A stretch of 64,000 bases of DNA from an uncultured Spirochaetota bacterium (GCA_963827275.1 CAWHAA010000008.1:416001-480000); one strand, 5' to 3'. Positions 1-11,170 are shown, counted from the first letter of the stretch. Numbers and translations are program-made. The notes: a model not told the origin generated them from the letters alone.

Positions 1-35
1 AGAGTGCCCTATCCGCATTGCGCGCAGGTGAAACA

Positions 36-935
36 ATGGCTGAAATAATACTGGTGGTTGATGATTCAAGGATCGACACGGCCTTTTTGACCAGGATGCT
101 CGCTGACTACGTGGTCGTGAGCGCGGCCAGCGGCGCGGAGATGTGGCGGGCCCTTGAGAAAGGGTCGCCCTCGATCATTCTCATGGACGTGGTGCTGCCT
201 GACGTTGACGGCTTCGAGCTCGCGAAGAAGCTGTCGGGCATTGACAGGTTCGCCGATATCCCCATCGTATTCATCACCTCGAAGGACGCCGGCAGGGATG
301 TGGAGCGCGGCTTCGATTCAGGCGGCGTGGATTATATAAAGAAGCCCTTTAACGAGATCGAGCTCCAGGCGCGCATCAGGTCGGCGCTCCAGAGGAACCG
401 CCAGGAGCGGGAGCTGCGGGAGAAGACCGTCACGGACCCCCTGACCGGCGTGCACAACCGCCGCTATTTTTTCGAGACCCTGGATACCATCATCGAGCAC
501 GCGCGCCGGAACCCCGGTCACCGCTTTTCCATCGCCATGCTGGACATCGACCATTTCAAGGCCATAAACGACGCGCTGGGCCACCAGGCGGGCGATTTCA
601 TCCTGAAGCAGATAGCGGACGTTCTGAAGAAGAGCATCAGGCCGTATGACCTGCTGGCGCGCTACGGCGGGGAGGAATTCATCATCCTTTTCAAGGATTG
701 CAACAGGAGCGAGTCGGGGGAGATCCTCCGGAGGATCAAAGACACTGTCTCGCAGGCTGAATACAGCTTCAATGATACGTCCCTTCACGTCACGTTCAGC
801 AGCGGGATTGCCGACCTGGGCGACATCCACTCCGAGACGGCCACGGCGGAGGAGCTGGTGAGGATCTCCGACGAGCGCCTCTACCGCGCCAAGGAGGGCG
901 GGCGGAACAGGATCGTCATCGATTCCGGGGTATAA
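36..935 (+). CDS. Response regulator / diguanylate cyclase (REC + GGDEF)
   Basis: VVDDS...LMDVVLP receiver motifs; RPYD I-site followed by GGEEF; ATG at 36 after AGGTGA. Confidence 0.93.
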   Translation: MAEIILVVDDSRIDTAFLTRMLADYVVVSAASGAEMWRALEKGSPSIILMDVVLPDVDGFELAKKLSGIDRFADIPIVFITSKDAGRDVERGFDSGGVDYIKKPFNEIELQARIRSALQRNRQERELREKTVTDPLTGVHNRRYFFETLDTIIEHARRNPGHRFSIAMLDIDHFKAINDALGHQAGDFILKQIADVLKKSIRPYDLLARYGGEEFIILFKDCNRSESGEILRRIKDTVSQAEYSFNDTSLHVTFSSGIADLGDIHSETATAEELVRISDERLYRAKEGGRNRIVIDSGV

Positions 936-994
936 CCCCCGGCGGGACGGTCCGCGTACCTTCAGCCGTGCCCCCGGGGGCGCATAAAAAAAGC

Positions 995-1023
995 TTGAAA
1001 TCTAAATCGGTATATCCCATATT
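995..1023 (+). promoter_or_regulatory. Probable sigma70 promoter of rimP-nusA-infB operon
   Basis: TTGAAA-N17-CATATT upstream of the leader hairpin. Confidence 0.5.
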
Positions 1024-1067
1024 GGCTGAGAATAGGATACGGTTTTGATATGATGTCGCGCGATACG

Positions 1068-1093
1068 AGAGAGTGGTCAACCCACTCTCTTTT
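1068..1093 (+). terminator. rimP-leader attenuator-type hairpin
   Basis: AGAGAGTGG-TCAAC-CCACTCTCT followed by T run; GAGTGG/CCACTC hairpins are typical of rimP leaders. Confidence 0.75.
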
Positions 1094-1183
1094 ACTATGG
1101 GTCCGGGATCAAAACCCCGGCGGCGAGGGGGTCCTCGCGGGAGTTCCCGGTACCGCATTACATCGAGAGTATCAGTTAACAAC

Positions 1184-1624
1184 GTGCAGTTAAAAGAAAG
1201 AATTTCAGATCTCGTCCAGGAGACCGCCGCCCGGCTCGGTTACATGGTTTACGAATCATCGATCCTTTTTAAAGGTGAGAATTCCCAGATTCACGTGAAA
1301 ATCGACAGCCTTGCGGGGATCTCGCACAATGACTGCGAGAATTTTTCCAGGGAGCTGTCGGCACGCCTTGACAGCGACGATATCCTCCCGAATTATTCAC
1401 TGGAAGTGTCATCGCCGGGACTGAACCGGCTGCTGCGCAGTGGAGAGGAATTCAGACGTTTCGCAGGGGCTCCCGTCAAAGTCGTGTACGACGAGGGGGC
1501 CGAGCGCAGAGTGGCCAAGGGGACCGTCGCATCGGCGGATGACGCCGCGGTGACGGTTGCCACCGAAAAGGGAGCGATTGCAATATCATACAAAGCCATT
1601 ACCAGCGCTAATCTTGATTATTAA
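1184..1624 (+). CDS. rimP: Ribosome maturation factor RimP
   Basis: ISHNDCENFSR, YSLEVSSPGLNR motifs; directly upstream of nusA; GTG start inferred. Confidence 0.92.
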   Translation: MQLKERISDLVQETAARLGYMVYESSILFKGENSQIHVKIDSLAGISHNDCENFSRELSARLDSDDILPNYSLEVSSPGLNRLLRSGEEFRRFAGAPVKVVYDEGAERRVAKGTVASADDAAVTVATEKGAIAISYKAITSANLDY

Positions 1625-1638
1625 AGGGTGCAGGAGCC

Positions 1639-3054
1639 ATGAGCAAGAATTTTTTTGAGGCATTACATGAGATAGCCACCGACAAGGGCATTCCGCGGGA
1701 ATATATCGAGCAGATCGTCGAATCGGCGATGCTGTCCGCGTTCAAAAAGCAGTACGGGATGATCGATAACGTGCGGGTCGTCTTCGACCGCGACAGGAAC
1801 AGCGTGAAGGTCGTCTCAAAGAAGATGGTGGTCAAGACCGTCAGGAACAGGGCGGAGGAGATATCCAGGGACGAGGCGGAGAAGATCGCGCCGGACGCGC
1901 AGCCGGGGGACGAAATCGATGTCGAGGAAGACCCCCTCGAATCCTTCGGACGGATCGCCGCCCAGACCGCCAAGCAGGTCATTATACAGAAGATAAAGGA
2001 AGCAGAGAAGAACATCATATACGACGAGTTTGCCGACAAGGAAGGCGACCTTATCAACGGGTTCCTCCAGCGGAAGACCAAGGACGCGATCTATATCGAC
2101 CTCGGCCGGACGGAAGGGATCCTTCCCGCCCGGGAGCAGTCGCCGCTCGAACACTACAAGATCGGCGACCGGGTCAAGGCGCTGATCCTGGCGGTGCAGA
2201 AAAATTCCAAGGGGCCGAGCATCATCCTCTCCCGGACGCACCCCCGGTTCGTCGAGAAGCTTTTTGAGATGGAGATCCCCGAGATATACGACGGCGTCGT
2301 GCGGATCGTCAACATCGTCCGGGAGCCGGGCATGCGCACCAAGGTCGCCGTCACCAGCGAGCGGGACGACGTTGATTCCGTCGGCGCCTGCGTCGGCATG
2401 AAGGGGATTCGCATCCAGTCCATCGTGCGCGAGATGGAGGGGGAAAAGATCGACGTGGTCGAGCATTTCGACGACCGGAAGATCATGGCCGCCAACTCCC
2501 TCACGCCGGCGAAGGTGGTCGAGATCGTGGAGAAATCCGACGGCGGCGTCATCGCGGTCGTTGACAACGACCAGAAGCACCTGGCGCTCGGCAAGGCGGG
2601 GCACAACGTGCGCCTCGCGTCCAGGCTCTGCGGCTTCGATATCGACATCAAGACGGAGGACCAGTACCGGGAGTTCCTCTCGTCCAGCGAATCGCGGGCC
2701 ATCGTGGAGCAGCTCTTCTCGACCTCCAACGCTGATGAAACGCCGCTGTCGGAGCTGCCCGGCCTTGAAGCGCGGACCATCAAGCTCCTTGAAAACGGCG
2801 GCGTGTTCTCCGTCGAGGACCTCGTTGAGAAATCACTGGAAGAGCTCATGGCGATAGACGGCATTGGCGAAAAGACAGCGAAGAAGATAATGGAGATAAT
2901 AGAAGAAAGCGTCGATTTCGACGAAACCGAAGAAGAGAAAGAGGAACCAGGAGAGGAGCAGAAGGAGGACGCAGGCACGGAAAAAAGTTCGGAAGAAGGC
3001 ACTGCTGAGACGGGAGAGGCCACGGACGCGGACGGGTCGGAAAAAGGTGAATGA
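1639..3054 (+). CDS. nusA: Transcription termination/antitermination factor NusA
   Basis: FGRIAAQTAKQVIIQK, S1/KH domains, GACVGMKGIRIQ, C-terminal HhH and acidic tail. Confidence 0.98.
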   Translation: MSKNFFEALHEIATDKGIPREYIEQIVESAMLSAFKKQYGMIDNVRVVFDRDRNSVKVVSKKMVVKTVRNRAEEISRDEAEKIAPDAQPGDEIDVEEDPLESFGRIAAQTAKQVIIQKIKEAEKNIIYDEFADKEGDLINGFLQRKTKDAIYIDLGRTEGILPAREQSPLEHYKIGDRVKALILAVQKNSKGPSIILSRTHPRFVEKLFEMEIPEIYDGVVRIVNIVREPGMRTKVAVTSERDDVDSVGACVGMKGIRIQSIVREMEGEKIDVVEHFDDRKIMAANSLTPAKVVEIVEKSDGGVIAVVDNDQKHLALGKAGHNVRLASRLCGFDIDIKTEDQYREFLSSSESRAIVEQLFSTSNADETPLSELPGLEARTIKLLENGGVFSVEDLVEKSLEELMAIDGIGEKTAKKIMEIIEESVDFDETEEEKEEPGEEQKEDAGTEKSSEEGTAETGEATDADGSEKGE

Positions 3055-3138
3055 TCCGTCAGCGGCACGGGACGCCCGGCGAGCGCGAGAGGGGGTTCGG
3101 TCCCTCGTAATTAAAAGGTAAGGATGACAGACTGATAC

Positions 3139-5631
3139 ATGAAAGCCATTGAAATCGCAAGAAGAAATCATATCTCCATGGAAGATATGATGGAAGTGTG
3201 CCGGGAGCTTGAAATAGCATGCGAGACCGAGGACTCCGATCTCCAGGAAAAGAACATATTTCTCATTGAGAAGAAAATAGAGGCTATCAAGAAGCGCAAG
3301 GCCCAGCAGATCGAGGACAGCAAGAAGGGAAAGAAGATCAAGCTGAAGCGAAAGGTGCAGGTCCACAAGGAAGGGAAGGAAGGCGAAGCGGCCGAAGAGC
3401 CGAAGAAAGCCGAGGCCGACCACCCGACACCGGAACGGACCGGTGCGCCGGCCGCGCGTACCCCGCAGAGACGGGAAGGCGCAACGGAGCGGCCGCGCCG
3501 TCCGGGTGAAGGCCCGCACCGTCCGGGTGAGGGAGCGCGCCGTCCGGGCGAAGGCCCGCGCCGTCCTGGCGAAGGCCCGCGCCGTCCTGGTGAAGGCCCG
3601 CGCCGTCCTGGCGAAGGCCCGCGCCGTCCGGGCGAAGGCCCGCGCCGTCCTGGCGAAGGCCCGCGCCGTCCGGGCGAAGGCCCGCGCCGTCCGGGCGAAG
3701 GCCCGAGAAAAGAAGGGGAAAAGCCCACTGCCGCTATCGGCGATGGAAAAGATAAGAAAAGAAAGAAAACCAAAGAGAAAGAAAAGGACAAAAGAAAATA
3801 TAAGAAGGAACAGGAAGAAAAAGAGATAACCCTCCGGAAGAAGTCCGCGGAAGAGAGAAAGCGCGAAGCGGCCGCCCCGGACGAGATACACATCACGGAA
3901 AATATATCGGTCGGCGACCTGGCGAAGAAACTGAACATCAAGGCCGCGGACGTCATCGCCAAGCTGATGAACCTGGGCGTCATGGTGACGATCAACCAGG
4001 TCATCGACGCGGAGACCGCCGAGATCCTCTCTGCGGAATACGGCACCAACGTCAAGGTGGTTTCTCTGTATGATGAGACCGTCATCAAGCACGTCGAGGA
4101 GGACCTCCCGCAGGATTACGTGCACCGTCCGCCCGTCGTCACGGTCATGGGGCATGTCGACCACGGTAAGACGAAGCTGCTGGACGCGATACGCTCGACC
4201 AATATCATTGACAAGGAATTCGGCGGGATAACCCAGCATATCGGCGCCTACAGCGTGGTGATCCCCGGCAACAAGAAGATCACCTTCCTCGATACACCGG
4301 GCCACGAGGCCTTTACCACCATGCGGGCCCGCGGGGCAAAGGTGACCGATATTGTCGTCCTCGTGGTGGCGGCCAATGACGGCGTCATGCCGCAGACCAT
4401 CGAGGCCATCAACCACGCGAAGGACGCCGGCGTCCCCATTATCGTGGCGATAAACAAGGTTGACCTCCCCGAGGCGAACCCTGATAAGGTAAAGCACGAG
4501 CTCGCGAAGTACGATCTGGTGCAGGAATCATGGGGCGGTACAACGCTCTTCGCGGAGATAAGCGCGAAGTTCAATAAGAACATAGACACGCTGCTGGAGC
4601 TCATCCTCATCCAGGCGGAGATGCTGGAGCTGAAAGCGAACCCGAAGGTCGTCGCCAAGGGCACGGTCATCGAGTCGAAGCTCGACATGGGCCGCGGCGC
4701 CGTGTCCACGGTCCTGATACAGAACGGGACGCTCCATGTGGGCGATCCCTTCGTAATCGGCGTCTTCTCGGGGAAAGTGCGCGCCATGTTCGATGATCAC
4801 GGCAAGCCCCTGGAAGAGGCGGGGCCGTCCGTCCCGGTCGAGGTGCTCGGTATATCGGGCGTTCCGTCGGCCGGCGATCCCTTTGAAGGGGTCGATTCGG
4901 ACAAGACCGCGAAGCAGATATCCCAGAAGCGTCTCGAGTTCAAGAGGGCGGAATCGGCCAAGAAGGTGAAGAAGGTGACCCTGGAGTCCCTGAACGAGAT
5001 GATACGCGAGGGCGAGGTACAGGAGCTCCGCATCATCGTCAAGGCGGACGTCGACGGCTCGAGCCAGGCCCTGAAGGAATCACTGGAAAAATTATCGATC
5101 GGCGAGGTGCGGGTCAAGGTCATCCACACCGGCACCGGCGGCATCAACGAGTCGGACGTCATGCTGGCATCGGCCTCGAACGCCGTTATCATCGGGTACC
5201 ACGTGCGTCCCACCGGCAAGGTTTCGGAGATTGCGGAGCATGAAAACGTATCGATAAAATTCTTCAATGTCATATTCGAGGTCACCGACTCGATCAAGCT
5301 GGCAATGGAGGGAATGCTCAGACCGGAGATCAGGGAAGAGATTCTCGGGGCCGGCGAGGTGAAACAGGTGTTCAAGATATCCAAGATAGGGACCATCGCC
5401 GGGTCCATGCTCACCTCCGGAAAGATCGACCGGAGCTGCAAGGTGCGCCTGATCCGCGACAGCGTCGTCATTTTTGACGGCGCCCTCAAGTCGCTCAAGC
5501 GCTTCAAGGACGATGTGTCCGAGGTGACCGTGACCCAGGAGTTCGGTTTCGGCCTGGAGGGCTTCAACGACGTCAAGGAAGGCGACACCTTCGAGGCCTA
5601 CAAGCTGGTGGAAATTGCCAAAACGATATGA
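3139..5631 (+). CDS. infB: Translation initiation factor IF-2
   Basis: [22 protein letters not shown] GTPase motifs. Confidence 0.99.
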   Translation: MKAIEIARRNHISMEDMMEVCRELEIACETEDSDLQEKNIFLIEKKIEAIKKRKAQQIEDSKKGKKIKLKRKVQVHKEGKEGEAAEEPKKAEADHPTPERTGAPAARTPQRREGATERPRRPGEGPHRPGEGARRPGEGPRRPGEGPRRPGEGPRRPGEGPRRPGEGPRRPGEGPRRPGEGPRRPGEGPRKEGEKPTAAIGDGKDKKRKKTKEKEKDKRKYKKEQEEKEITLRKKSAEERKREAAAPDEIHITENISVGDLAKKLNIKAADVIAKLMNLGVMVTINQVIDAETAEILSAEYGTNVKVVSLYDETVIKHVEEDLPQDYVHRPPVVTVMGHVDHGKTKLLDAIRSTNIIDKEFGGITQHIGAYSVVIPGNKKITFLDTPGHEAFTTMRARGAKVTDIVVLVVAANDGVMPQTIEAINHAKDAGVPIIVAINKVDLPEANPDKVKHELAKYDLVQESWGGTTLFAEISAKFNKNIDTLLELILIQAEMLELKANPKVVAKGTVIESKLDMGRGAVSTVLIQNGTLHVGDPFVIGVFSGKVRAMFDDHGKPLEEAGPSVPVEVLGISGVPSAGDPFEGVDSDKTAKQISQKRLEFKRAESAKKVKKVTLESLNEMIREGEVQELRIIVKADVDGSSQALKESLEKLSIGEVRVKVIHTGTGGINESDVMLASASNAVIIGYHVRPTGKVSEIAEHENVSIKFFNVIFEVTDSIKLAMEGMLRPEIREEILGAGEVKQVFKISKIGTIAGSMLTSGKIDRSCKVRLIRDSVVIFDGALKSLKRFKDDVSEVTVTQEFGFGLEGFNDVKEGDTFEAYKLVEIAKTI
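3496..3705 (+). repeat. Ten in-frame 21-bp tandem repeats encoding RRPGEGP within infB
   Basis: CGCCGTCC(G/T)GG(C/T)GAAGGCCCG x10, second unit diverged (HRPGEGA). Confidence 0.97.
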
Positions 5632-5771
5632 TGCGCCGTTAGATGCAACTGCGGGAATGAGGCAGTCCATATATACGCTGTCCGCCATGTGTCCGCCCGG
5701 CTCGCACAGTATGCGCGACAGCGTGTGCCGGGATGCCCTCGCTTCTATCATCTGAAAGCATTGGAAATACC

Positions 5772-6185
5772 ATGGGTTACAGAAAAGAAAAATTGGAAGA
5801 GCAGATCCGGAGAATAGTCTCCGAGCTCTTGATACGCGAGATAAAGGACCCGAGGATCGGGTTCGCGACCATCACCGGCGTGGAGCTGGCCAAGGATTAC
5901 TCGACGGCCAGGATCGGTGTATCGGTGCTCGGGGAGCCGCGCGATCTGAGGAAAACCTTCGAAGGGATCCAGTCGGCGACCCCCTTCATACAGCACCGGG
6001 TGGGAAAGAGCCTGAGCATCAGAATCACCCCGAAGATATCATTCTACCTTGATTCATCAATCGCGGAAGGGACGCGGATGGTAAATATTCTGAATACCCT
6101 CGAGGAAGCGGAGAGGGGATCGGAACATGAGGGCGCCCGCGGCGATGACGAGGAGCGTCCTGACGATGAACCGGCCGATGAGTAG
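5772..6185 (+). CDS. rbfA: Ribosome-binding factor A
   Basis: EIKDPRIGFATITGVEL, RITPKISFYLDSS; follows infB. Confidence 0.96.
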   Translation: MGYRKEKLEEQIRRIVSELLIREIKDPRIGFATITGVELAKDYSTARIGVSVLGEPRDLRKTFEGIQSATPFIQHRVGKSLSIRITPKISFYLDSSIAEGTRMVNILNTLEEAERGSEHEGARGDDEERPDDEPADE

Positions 6186-6216
6186 GCGCCGCCGGCGCGC
6201 CGCCGGGAGCGCACCC

Positions 6217-7149
6217 GTGTCCGCACTGGCGGACGCGATACTGCTTGTCGATAAGCCGGAGGGGAAGACCTCCTACGAGACGGTCAGCGCGGTGTGCCGC
6301 CTGACCGGCGCGACGCGGACCGGACACGCCGGTACGCTGGACCGGTTTGCGTCCGGGCTTCTTGTCGCCTGCAACGGCCGGTCGACCCGGCTGGCGCGGT
6401 ACCTCCTTGAGGAGGACAAGACCTATACCGGGACGGTGAAGCTCGGCGTGAGCACCGATACCGATGACCGCGAGGGCGCGGTCACCGACGTGCGCCCCGT
6501 GACGGGGATCACCCTGGAATCGGTGCAGCATGCGGCGCGGGAATTCACCGGGGAGCTCATGCAGACGCCGCCGCGCTACTCTGCCCTGAAGATCAACGGC
6601 AGGAGGGCGTCGGACCGGGTCCGGAGCGGCGAGGAGGTCGTGCTTTCGCCGCGGAGGGTGACGGTCTACGATTTCGAGATATGCGGCATGGACCCGGACG
6701 GGGTCCGTTTTTCATTCCGCGTCCGCTGCTCCAAGGGGACCTATGTCCGCTCCCTGGCGCGTGACATGGGCGCCATGCTGGGGACCGGGGCGCACCTCGA
6801 GCGCCTGCGGCGCACCGGGGCGGGCCGTTTCAGCATAGAGGACGCCGTCACCCTCGATGAGCTGGCCGAGCATGTCCGGGAAGGGGGGCAACGCGTCAGC
6901 CGCAGGTTTATCGTCACGCCCCGGGACGCATTGGGCGATTACGGCAGGATCACTGTCACCGGCGACGCGCGGGACAGAATCCTGAACGGGGCAGGCTTTT
7001 CCCGGGAATCCGCGTTGAAAATAGTGGATAACGGGGGAAAAATATTCATTATTATGGATGAAACAGAAAATCTTATTGCAATTGCTGATGTGGATATCCA
7101 AAAATGGCTAATTAAATATTTAAATGTATTTAAAGAAGAGACTCAATAA
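6217..7149 (+). CDS. truB: tRNA pseudouridine(55) synthase TruB
   Basis: VDKPEG, GHAGTLD, PPRYSALKING, CSKGTYVRSL; start uncertain (6178 ATG or 6217 GTG). Confidence 0.96.
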   Translation: MSALADAILLVDKPEGKTSYETVSAVCRLTGATRTGHAGTLDRFASGLLVACNGRSTRLARYLLEEDKTYTGTVKLGVSTDTDDREGAVTDVRPVTGITLESVQHAAREFTGELMQTPPRYSALKINGRRASDRVRSGEEVVLSPRRVTVYDFEICGMDPDGVRFSFRVRCSKGTYVRSLARDMGAMLGTGAHLERLRRTGAGRFSIEDAVTLDELAEHVREGGQRVSRRFIVTPRDALGDYGRITVTGDARDRILNGAGFSRESALKIVDNGGKIFIIMDETENLIAIADVDIQKWLIKYLNVFKEETQ

Positions 7150-7215
7150 TAATAGGGAAGATTCGGCATCGATGCTGATCATATAACAACACTCGTAGGG
7201 AGGACAGTAGCAACA

Positions 7216-7473
7216 ATGAGTCAGAAACATGAGATTATTGAGAAATACAAAACTCATGACAAGGATACCGGTTCCCCGGAGGTGCAGATTGCCCTTCTGA
7301 CGGACCGGATCAACCAGTTGACCGAGCATTTCAAGGTCCATGCCAAGGATTTTCATTCCCGGCGCGGTCTGCTCAAACTTGTCGGGCAGAGACGGCGGCA
7401 CCTTGATTATCTGAAGAAGAAGAACCTGGAGAGCTATCGCAGCCTCATCAAGGAACTGGGCATCCGCAGATAA
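7216..7473 (+). CDS. rpsO: 30S ribosomal protein S15
   Basis: [31 protein letters not shown]. Confidence 0.99.
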   Translation: MSQKHEIIEKYKTHDKDTGSPEVQIALLTDRINQLTEHFKVHAKDFHSRRGLLKLVGQRRRHLDYLKKKNLESYRSLIKELGIRR

Positions 7474-7537
7474 CCGGGGGCCCGCATACAATCTCCCCGG
7501 GGATGCCACGGCATCGGCGAAGAGGGTGGAGACGTCT

Positions 7538-7611
7538 TGTGCCGGAATATAGGAGCCAGAAATCCCGATATCAGCGGATACCGCGATCTCTGACGTCTAT
7601 ATTCCGGTACA
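7538..7611 (+). promoter_or_regulatory. Long stem-loop in rpsO-pnp intergenic region (possible RNase III site)
   Basis: TGTGCCGGAATATAG (7538-7552) pairs with CTATATTCCGGTACA (7597-7611), one G-U. Confidence 0.6.
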
Positions 7612-7668
7612 CCCGTTGCCTGAGCCTGCACCCCGCGGAGAAAACAGCAACGTAACGAGGTAACAACT

Positions 7669-9741
7669 ATGACTATCGATCTAAGCGTAGACGTGGGCAG
7701 GCAAAAGCTCAATTTCAACACCGGGTACCTGGCGAAGCAGGCCGACGGGGCCGTCATGGTCTCCTACGGGGAAGTGGCCGTGTTCGCTTCCGCGGTCGTA
7801 TCCAGGGAAGTCAAGGAGGGACAGGATTTTTTCCCCCTCACGGTCGACTACCGGGAGAAGGCCTATGCCGCCGGGAAATTTCCGGGCGGATTCATCAAGA
7901 GGGAGTCGCGCCCGACCGACAAAGAGGTGCTGACGAGCCGGCTTACCGACCGGCCGATCCGGCCGCTGTTTCCGAAAGATTTCATCAACGAAGTTCAGAT
8001 CATCATTTACGTCTTTTCCGCGGACCGGAAGAACCAGCATGACATCCTTGCCATCAACGCGGCGTCCGCCGCGCTGGCCGTGTCCGGGGCACCGTTCCTC
8101 GGGCCCGTCGGCGCCGTTCGCGTCGGGAGGCTGAAGGGAGAGTGGGTGGTGAACCCCACCTTTGCCGAGGACAAGGAGAGCGACATCGACGTCGTCGTCG
8201 CGGGGACCAAAAGCGCGGTGACCATGATCGAGGGGTCGGCGAAAAACATCTCGGAGGCCGACATGATCGGCGCCGTCGAGTTCGCCCACATGCATATAAA
8301 GCGGATCTGCGAGACGCTGGAGGAGCTTGCCCGGAAGGTGAACAAGAAGCCCATCCCGTATGTCCCCTTCGTGGCTGATGAGAAGCTGAAGGAAGAGATC
8401 TCGAAGCGGTATTCATCCGACATCGAGAATTTGTCCCAATATAAAATAAAGCACGAGCGCGAGGACGCCAAGAACCAGATCATCGAGCGGGCGAAGGCGG
8501 AGCTCGCGGAGCTCTTCCCCGACACGATTGGCCAGGCGTCCGGGGTCATCGACGCGATGGACGGCGTTTTCGTCCGCCAGCGCATCCTTGACAAAGGGGA
8601 GCGTGCCGACGGCCGGGACCTGAAGACGGTACGGCCCATAGACATCCTGTCGGGGATACTGCCGCGCGCCCACGGGTCCGCCGTGTTTACCCGCGGTGAG
8701 ACCCAGAGCCTGGGCATAACGACGCTTGGATCGGTAGATGACGTCCAGCGCATGGACGACATCGAGGGAGAGGGGGAGAAGAGCTTCATGCTTCATTACC
8801 ACTTTCCGCCCTTCTCCGTCGGCGAGACGGGACGGCACGGCGGCGTGGGCCGGCGCGAGATCGGCCACGGCATGCTGGCGGAGCGGGCGCTCGAATACGC
8901 GATCCCGGACAAATCCGTGTTCCCCTATACCATACGACAGGTGTCGGAGATACTTGAATCGAACGGCTCGTCATCAATGGCGTCCGTCTGCTCCGCGTCC
9001 CTGTCGATGTTCAACGCCGGCGTGCCCCTCAAGGCCGCGGTATCGGGAATCGCCATGGGGCTCGTGATGGAGGGTGACCGGTACGCGATCCTCTCAGACA
9101 TCATCGGCCTCGAGGACCACCTGGGCGACATGGACTTCAAGGTAACGGGGACCGAAACGGGGATCACCGCGTTCCAGATGGACATCAAGATACAGGGGAT
9201 CACCCCGGAGATCATGCGGGTCGCGCTCGACCAGGCGAAGGAGGGACGACTGCACATCCTCGGGATCATGAAGCAGTTCCTGCCGCTTCCCGAGAAGAAG
9301 CTCTCTCCCTACGCGCCGCTGATCAAGACCATCATGATCAACCCGGAGAAGATCGGCGCGGTCATCGGCCCGGGCGGCAAGGTGATCAGGCAGATCATCG
9401 AGGAGACCGGCACCGACATCAATGTCGAGGACGACGGCTCGGTGACGCTCACCGGCCCGGACCAGGAGTCGGTCAAAAAAGCGGAAGATTACATCATGGG
9501 GATCACCGAAGAGGTGGAGGTCAACAAGATATACGAGGGGACGGTGCGCCGCCTCTTCGAGTTCGGCGCCATGGTTGAGATCATGCCCGGCAAGGAAGGC
9601 CTCATCCATATCTCGAAGCTGGACACCAAGCGCGTGAACAAGGTCGAGGACGTCGTGAAGATCGGCGACCGCGTCAAGGTCATGGTCATAAAAGTCGACG
9701 ACCGCGGGCGCATCGACCTGAGCAGAAAGGACGCGCTCTGA
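7669..9741 (+). CDS. pnp: Polyribonucleotide nucleotidyltransferase (PNPase)
   Basis: FFPLTVDYRE, RREIGHG, ESNGSSSMAS, DHLGDMDFK, KH and S1 domains. Confidence 0.99.
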   Translation: MTIDLSVDVGRQKLNFNTGYLAKQADGAVMVSYGEVAVFASAVVSREVKEGQDFFPLTVDYREKAYAAGKFPGGFIKRESRPTDKEVLTSRLTDRPIRPLFPKDFINEVQIIIYVFSADRKNQHDILAINAASAALAVSGAPFLGPVGAVRVGRLKGEWVVNPTFAEDKESDIDVVVAGTKSAVTMIEGSAKNISEADMIGAVEFAHMHIKRICETLEELARKVNKKPIPYVPFVADEKLKEEISKRYSSDIENLSQYKIKHEREDAKNQIIERAKAELAELFPDTIGQASGVIDAMDGVFVRQRILDKGERADGRDLKTVRPIDILSGILPRAHGSAVFTRGETQSLGITTLGSVDDVQRMDDIEGEGEKSFMLHYHFPPFSVGETGRHGGVGRREIGHGMLAERALEYAIPDKSVFPYTIRQVSEILESNGSSSMASVCSASLSMFNAGVPLKAAVSGIAMGLVMEGDRYAILSDIIGLEDHLGDMDFKVTGTETGITAFQMDIKIQGITPEIMRVALDQAKEGRLHILGIMKQFLPLPEKKLSPYAPLIKTIMINPEKIGAVIGPGGKVIRQIIEETGTDINVEDDGSVTLTGPDQESVKKAEDYIMGITEEVEVNKIYEGTVRRLFEFGAMVEIMPGKEGLIHISKLDTKRVNKVEDVVKIGDRVKVMVIKVDDRGRIDLSRKDAL

Positions 9742-9757
9742 TCCGACCGGACCATTG

Positions 9758-11019
9758 ATGATATACCGGCACATACAGGACAGTGGCGTATCCGTGCTCC
9801 TCGAGCCGATCGAGGGCGTCGTCTCCGTATCCGTGGGATTGTGGGTCAAGTCGGGCTCGCGGGACGAGCGCGATGACCAGTACGGATATGCCCACTTCAT
9901 CGAGCACATGCTCTTCAAGGGCACGAAGGAACACTCGGCCATGGACATCGCGAAGATCGTGGACCGGGTCGGCGGGCAGCACAACGCGGCGACGAACCGC
10001 GAGCATACCTGCTATTACATCAATGTCGTGTCCGATCACCTCGACCTCGCGGTGCGGCTCCTCGCGGAAACCTACTACGAGTCGCTCTTCGATCCCGCCG
10101 AGCTTCAAAAAGAAAAAAACGTCGTCATGGAAGAGATCAGGATGTACGAGGACGAGCCTGACGAGCTCATCCATGACGTCTTCATGGAGAGCATGCTCGA
10201 GGGCCATCCCCTGAGCCACCGCGTGCTCGGCACCCACGAGAGCATCGGCGCGACCACGCGCGAAACGCTCGTCGGTTTTTTTGAGAGCCACTACCGCAAC
10301 GACAACGCGATCCTGGCGATCGCGGGGAATTTCAACAGGGGTGATGCGGAGAAGCTCGTCGCGAAATATTTTTCGCGGCCGAGCGGCGCACGGGGGGGGT
10401 GCCGGCGCCGCCCGCGTCGGCGCGCCGCGTCGAGTACCGGCATGTCGAGAAGGGGCAGCTCGAGCAGGTCCATATCTGCCTCGGCACCGACGGCATCAGG
10501 CGCAACGACGATGACCGGTGGGGGCTCTACCTCATGAGCACGGTGCTGGGCGGGAGCATGTCCTCCCGGCTCTTCCAGAACGTGCGCGAGAAGGAAGGAA
10601 TCAGCTACTCCATATACTCGTTCCACTCGTCGTACAGCGACAGCGGAGTATTCGGCGTATACTGCGCTACCCTGCCGGAAAATTACAACCGCGCGGTCGA
10701 GCTTATCGTGAAGGAGTGCGCGGGGATCGCCGAGAACGGGATCACCGCCGAGGAGCTCCAGGACGCGAAGGACTTCATGAAGGGCAACCTCGCGCTCAGC
10801 CTTGAAAGCGTCGAGGTGCGCCTGGGGCGGCTCGCCATGGACGAGATCACGTTCCAGCGGAGCTACAGCTTCGAAGAGATCGTCGATAACATTTACCGCG
10901 TCACCGGTGATGACATAATGCGGATCTGCGGCAGGATCTTCGGCGGCAAAAAGCTTTCGGTGGTGTCTGTCGGCAACCTCGCCGGCCGCAAAATACCGCA
11001 AAAGGGCATCTCCCTCTGA
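9758..11019 (+). pseudogene. M16 family zinc peptidase, split by a frameshift at G8 run 10392-10399
   Basis: HFIEH motif in 5' ORF, LGGSMSSRLFQNVREKEG in 3' ORF; one extra G restores one frame; may be a sequencing error. Confidence 0.85.
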
Positions 11020-11170
11020 GTTTTTTTATAAAAATCATTTTTTTTGCTTTACTTTGTATTACGCTGCATTTTTACTAAATGGTTTAGTCAATTCTTAAAA
11101 TTCCAGCGTTAACGGGCAGGCCGCGGTGAAGAGAGGCCGCCCTTACGCGCTTATGATTCGGGGTAGTGAT

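Noticed and set aside
3496..3705. Repeat array as CRISPR
   Set aside because: Contiguous in-frame units with no spacers, inside infB
2833..4497. Long antisense ORFs (also 59137-60327, 49848-50897, 61223-62251 and many others)
   Set aside because: Shadows of high-GC coding genes with no recognisable motifs
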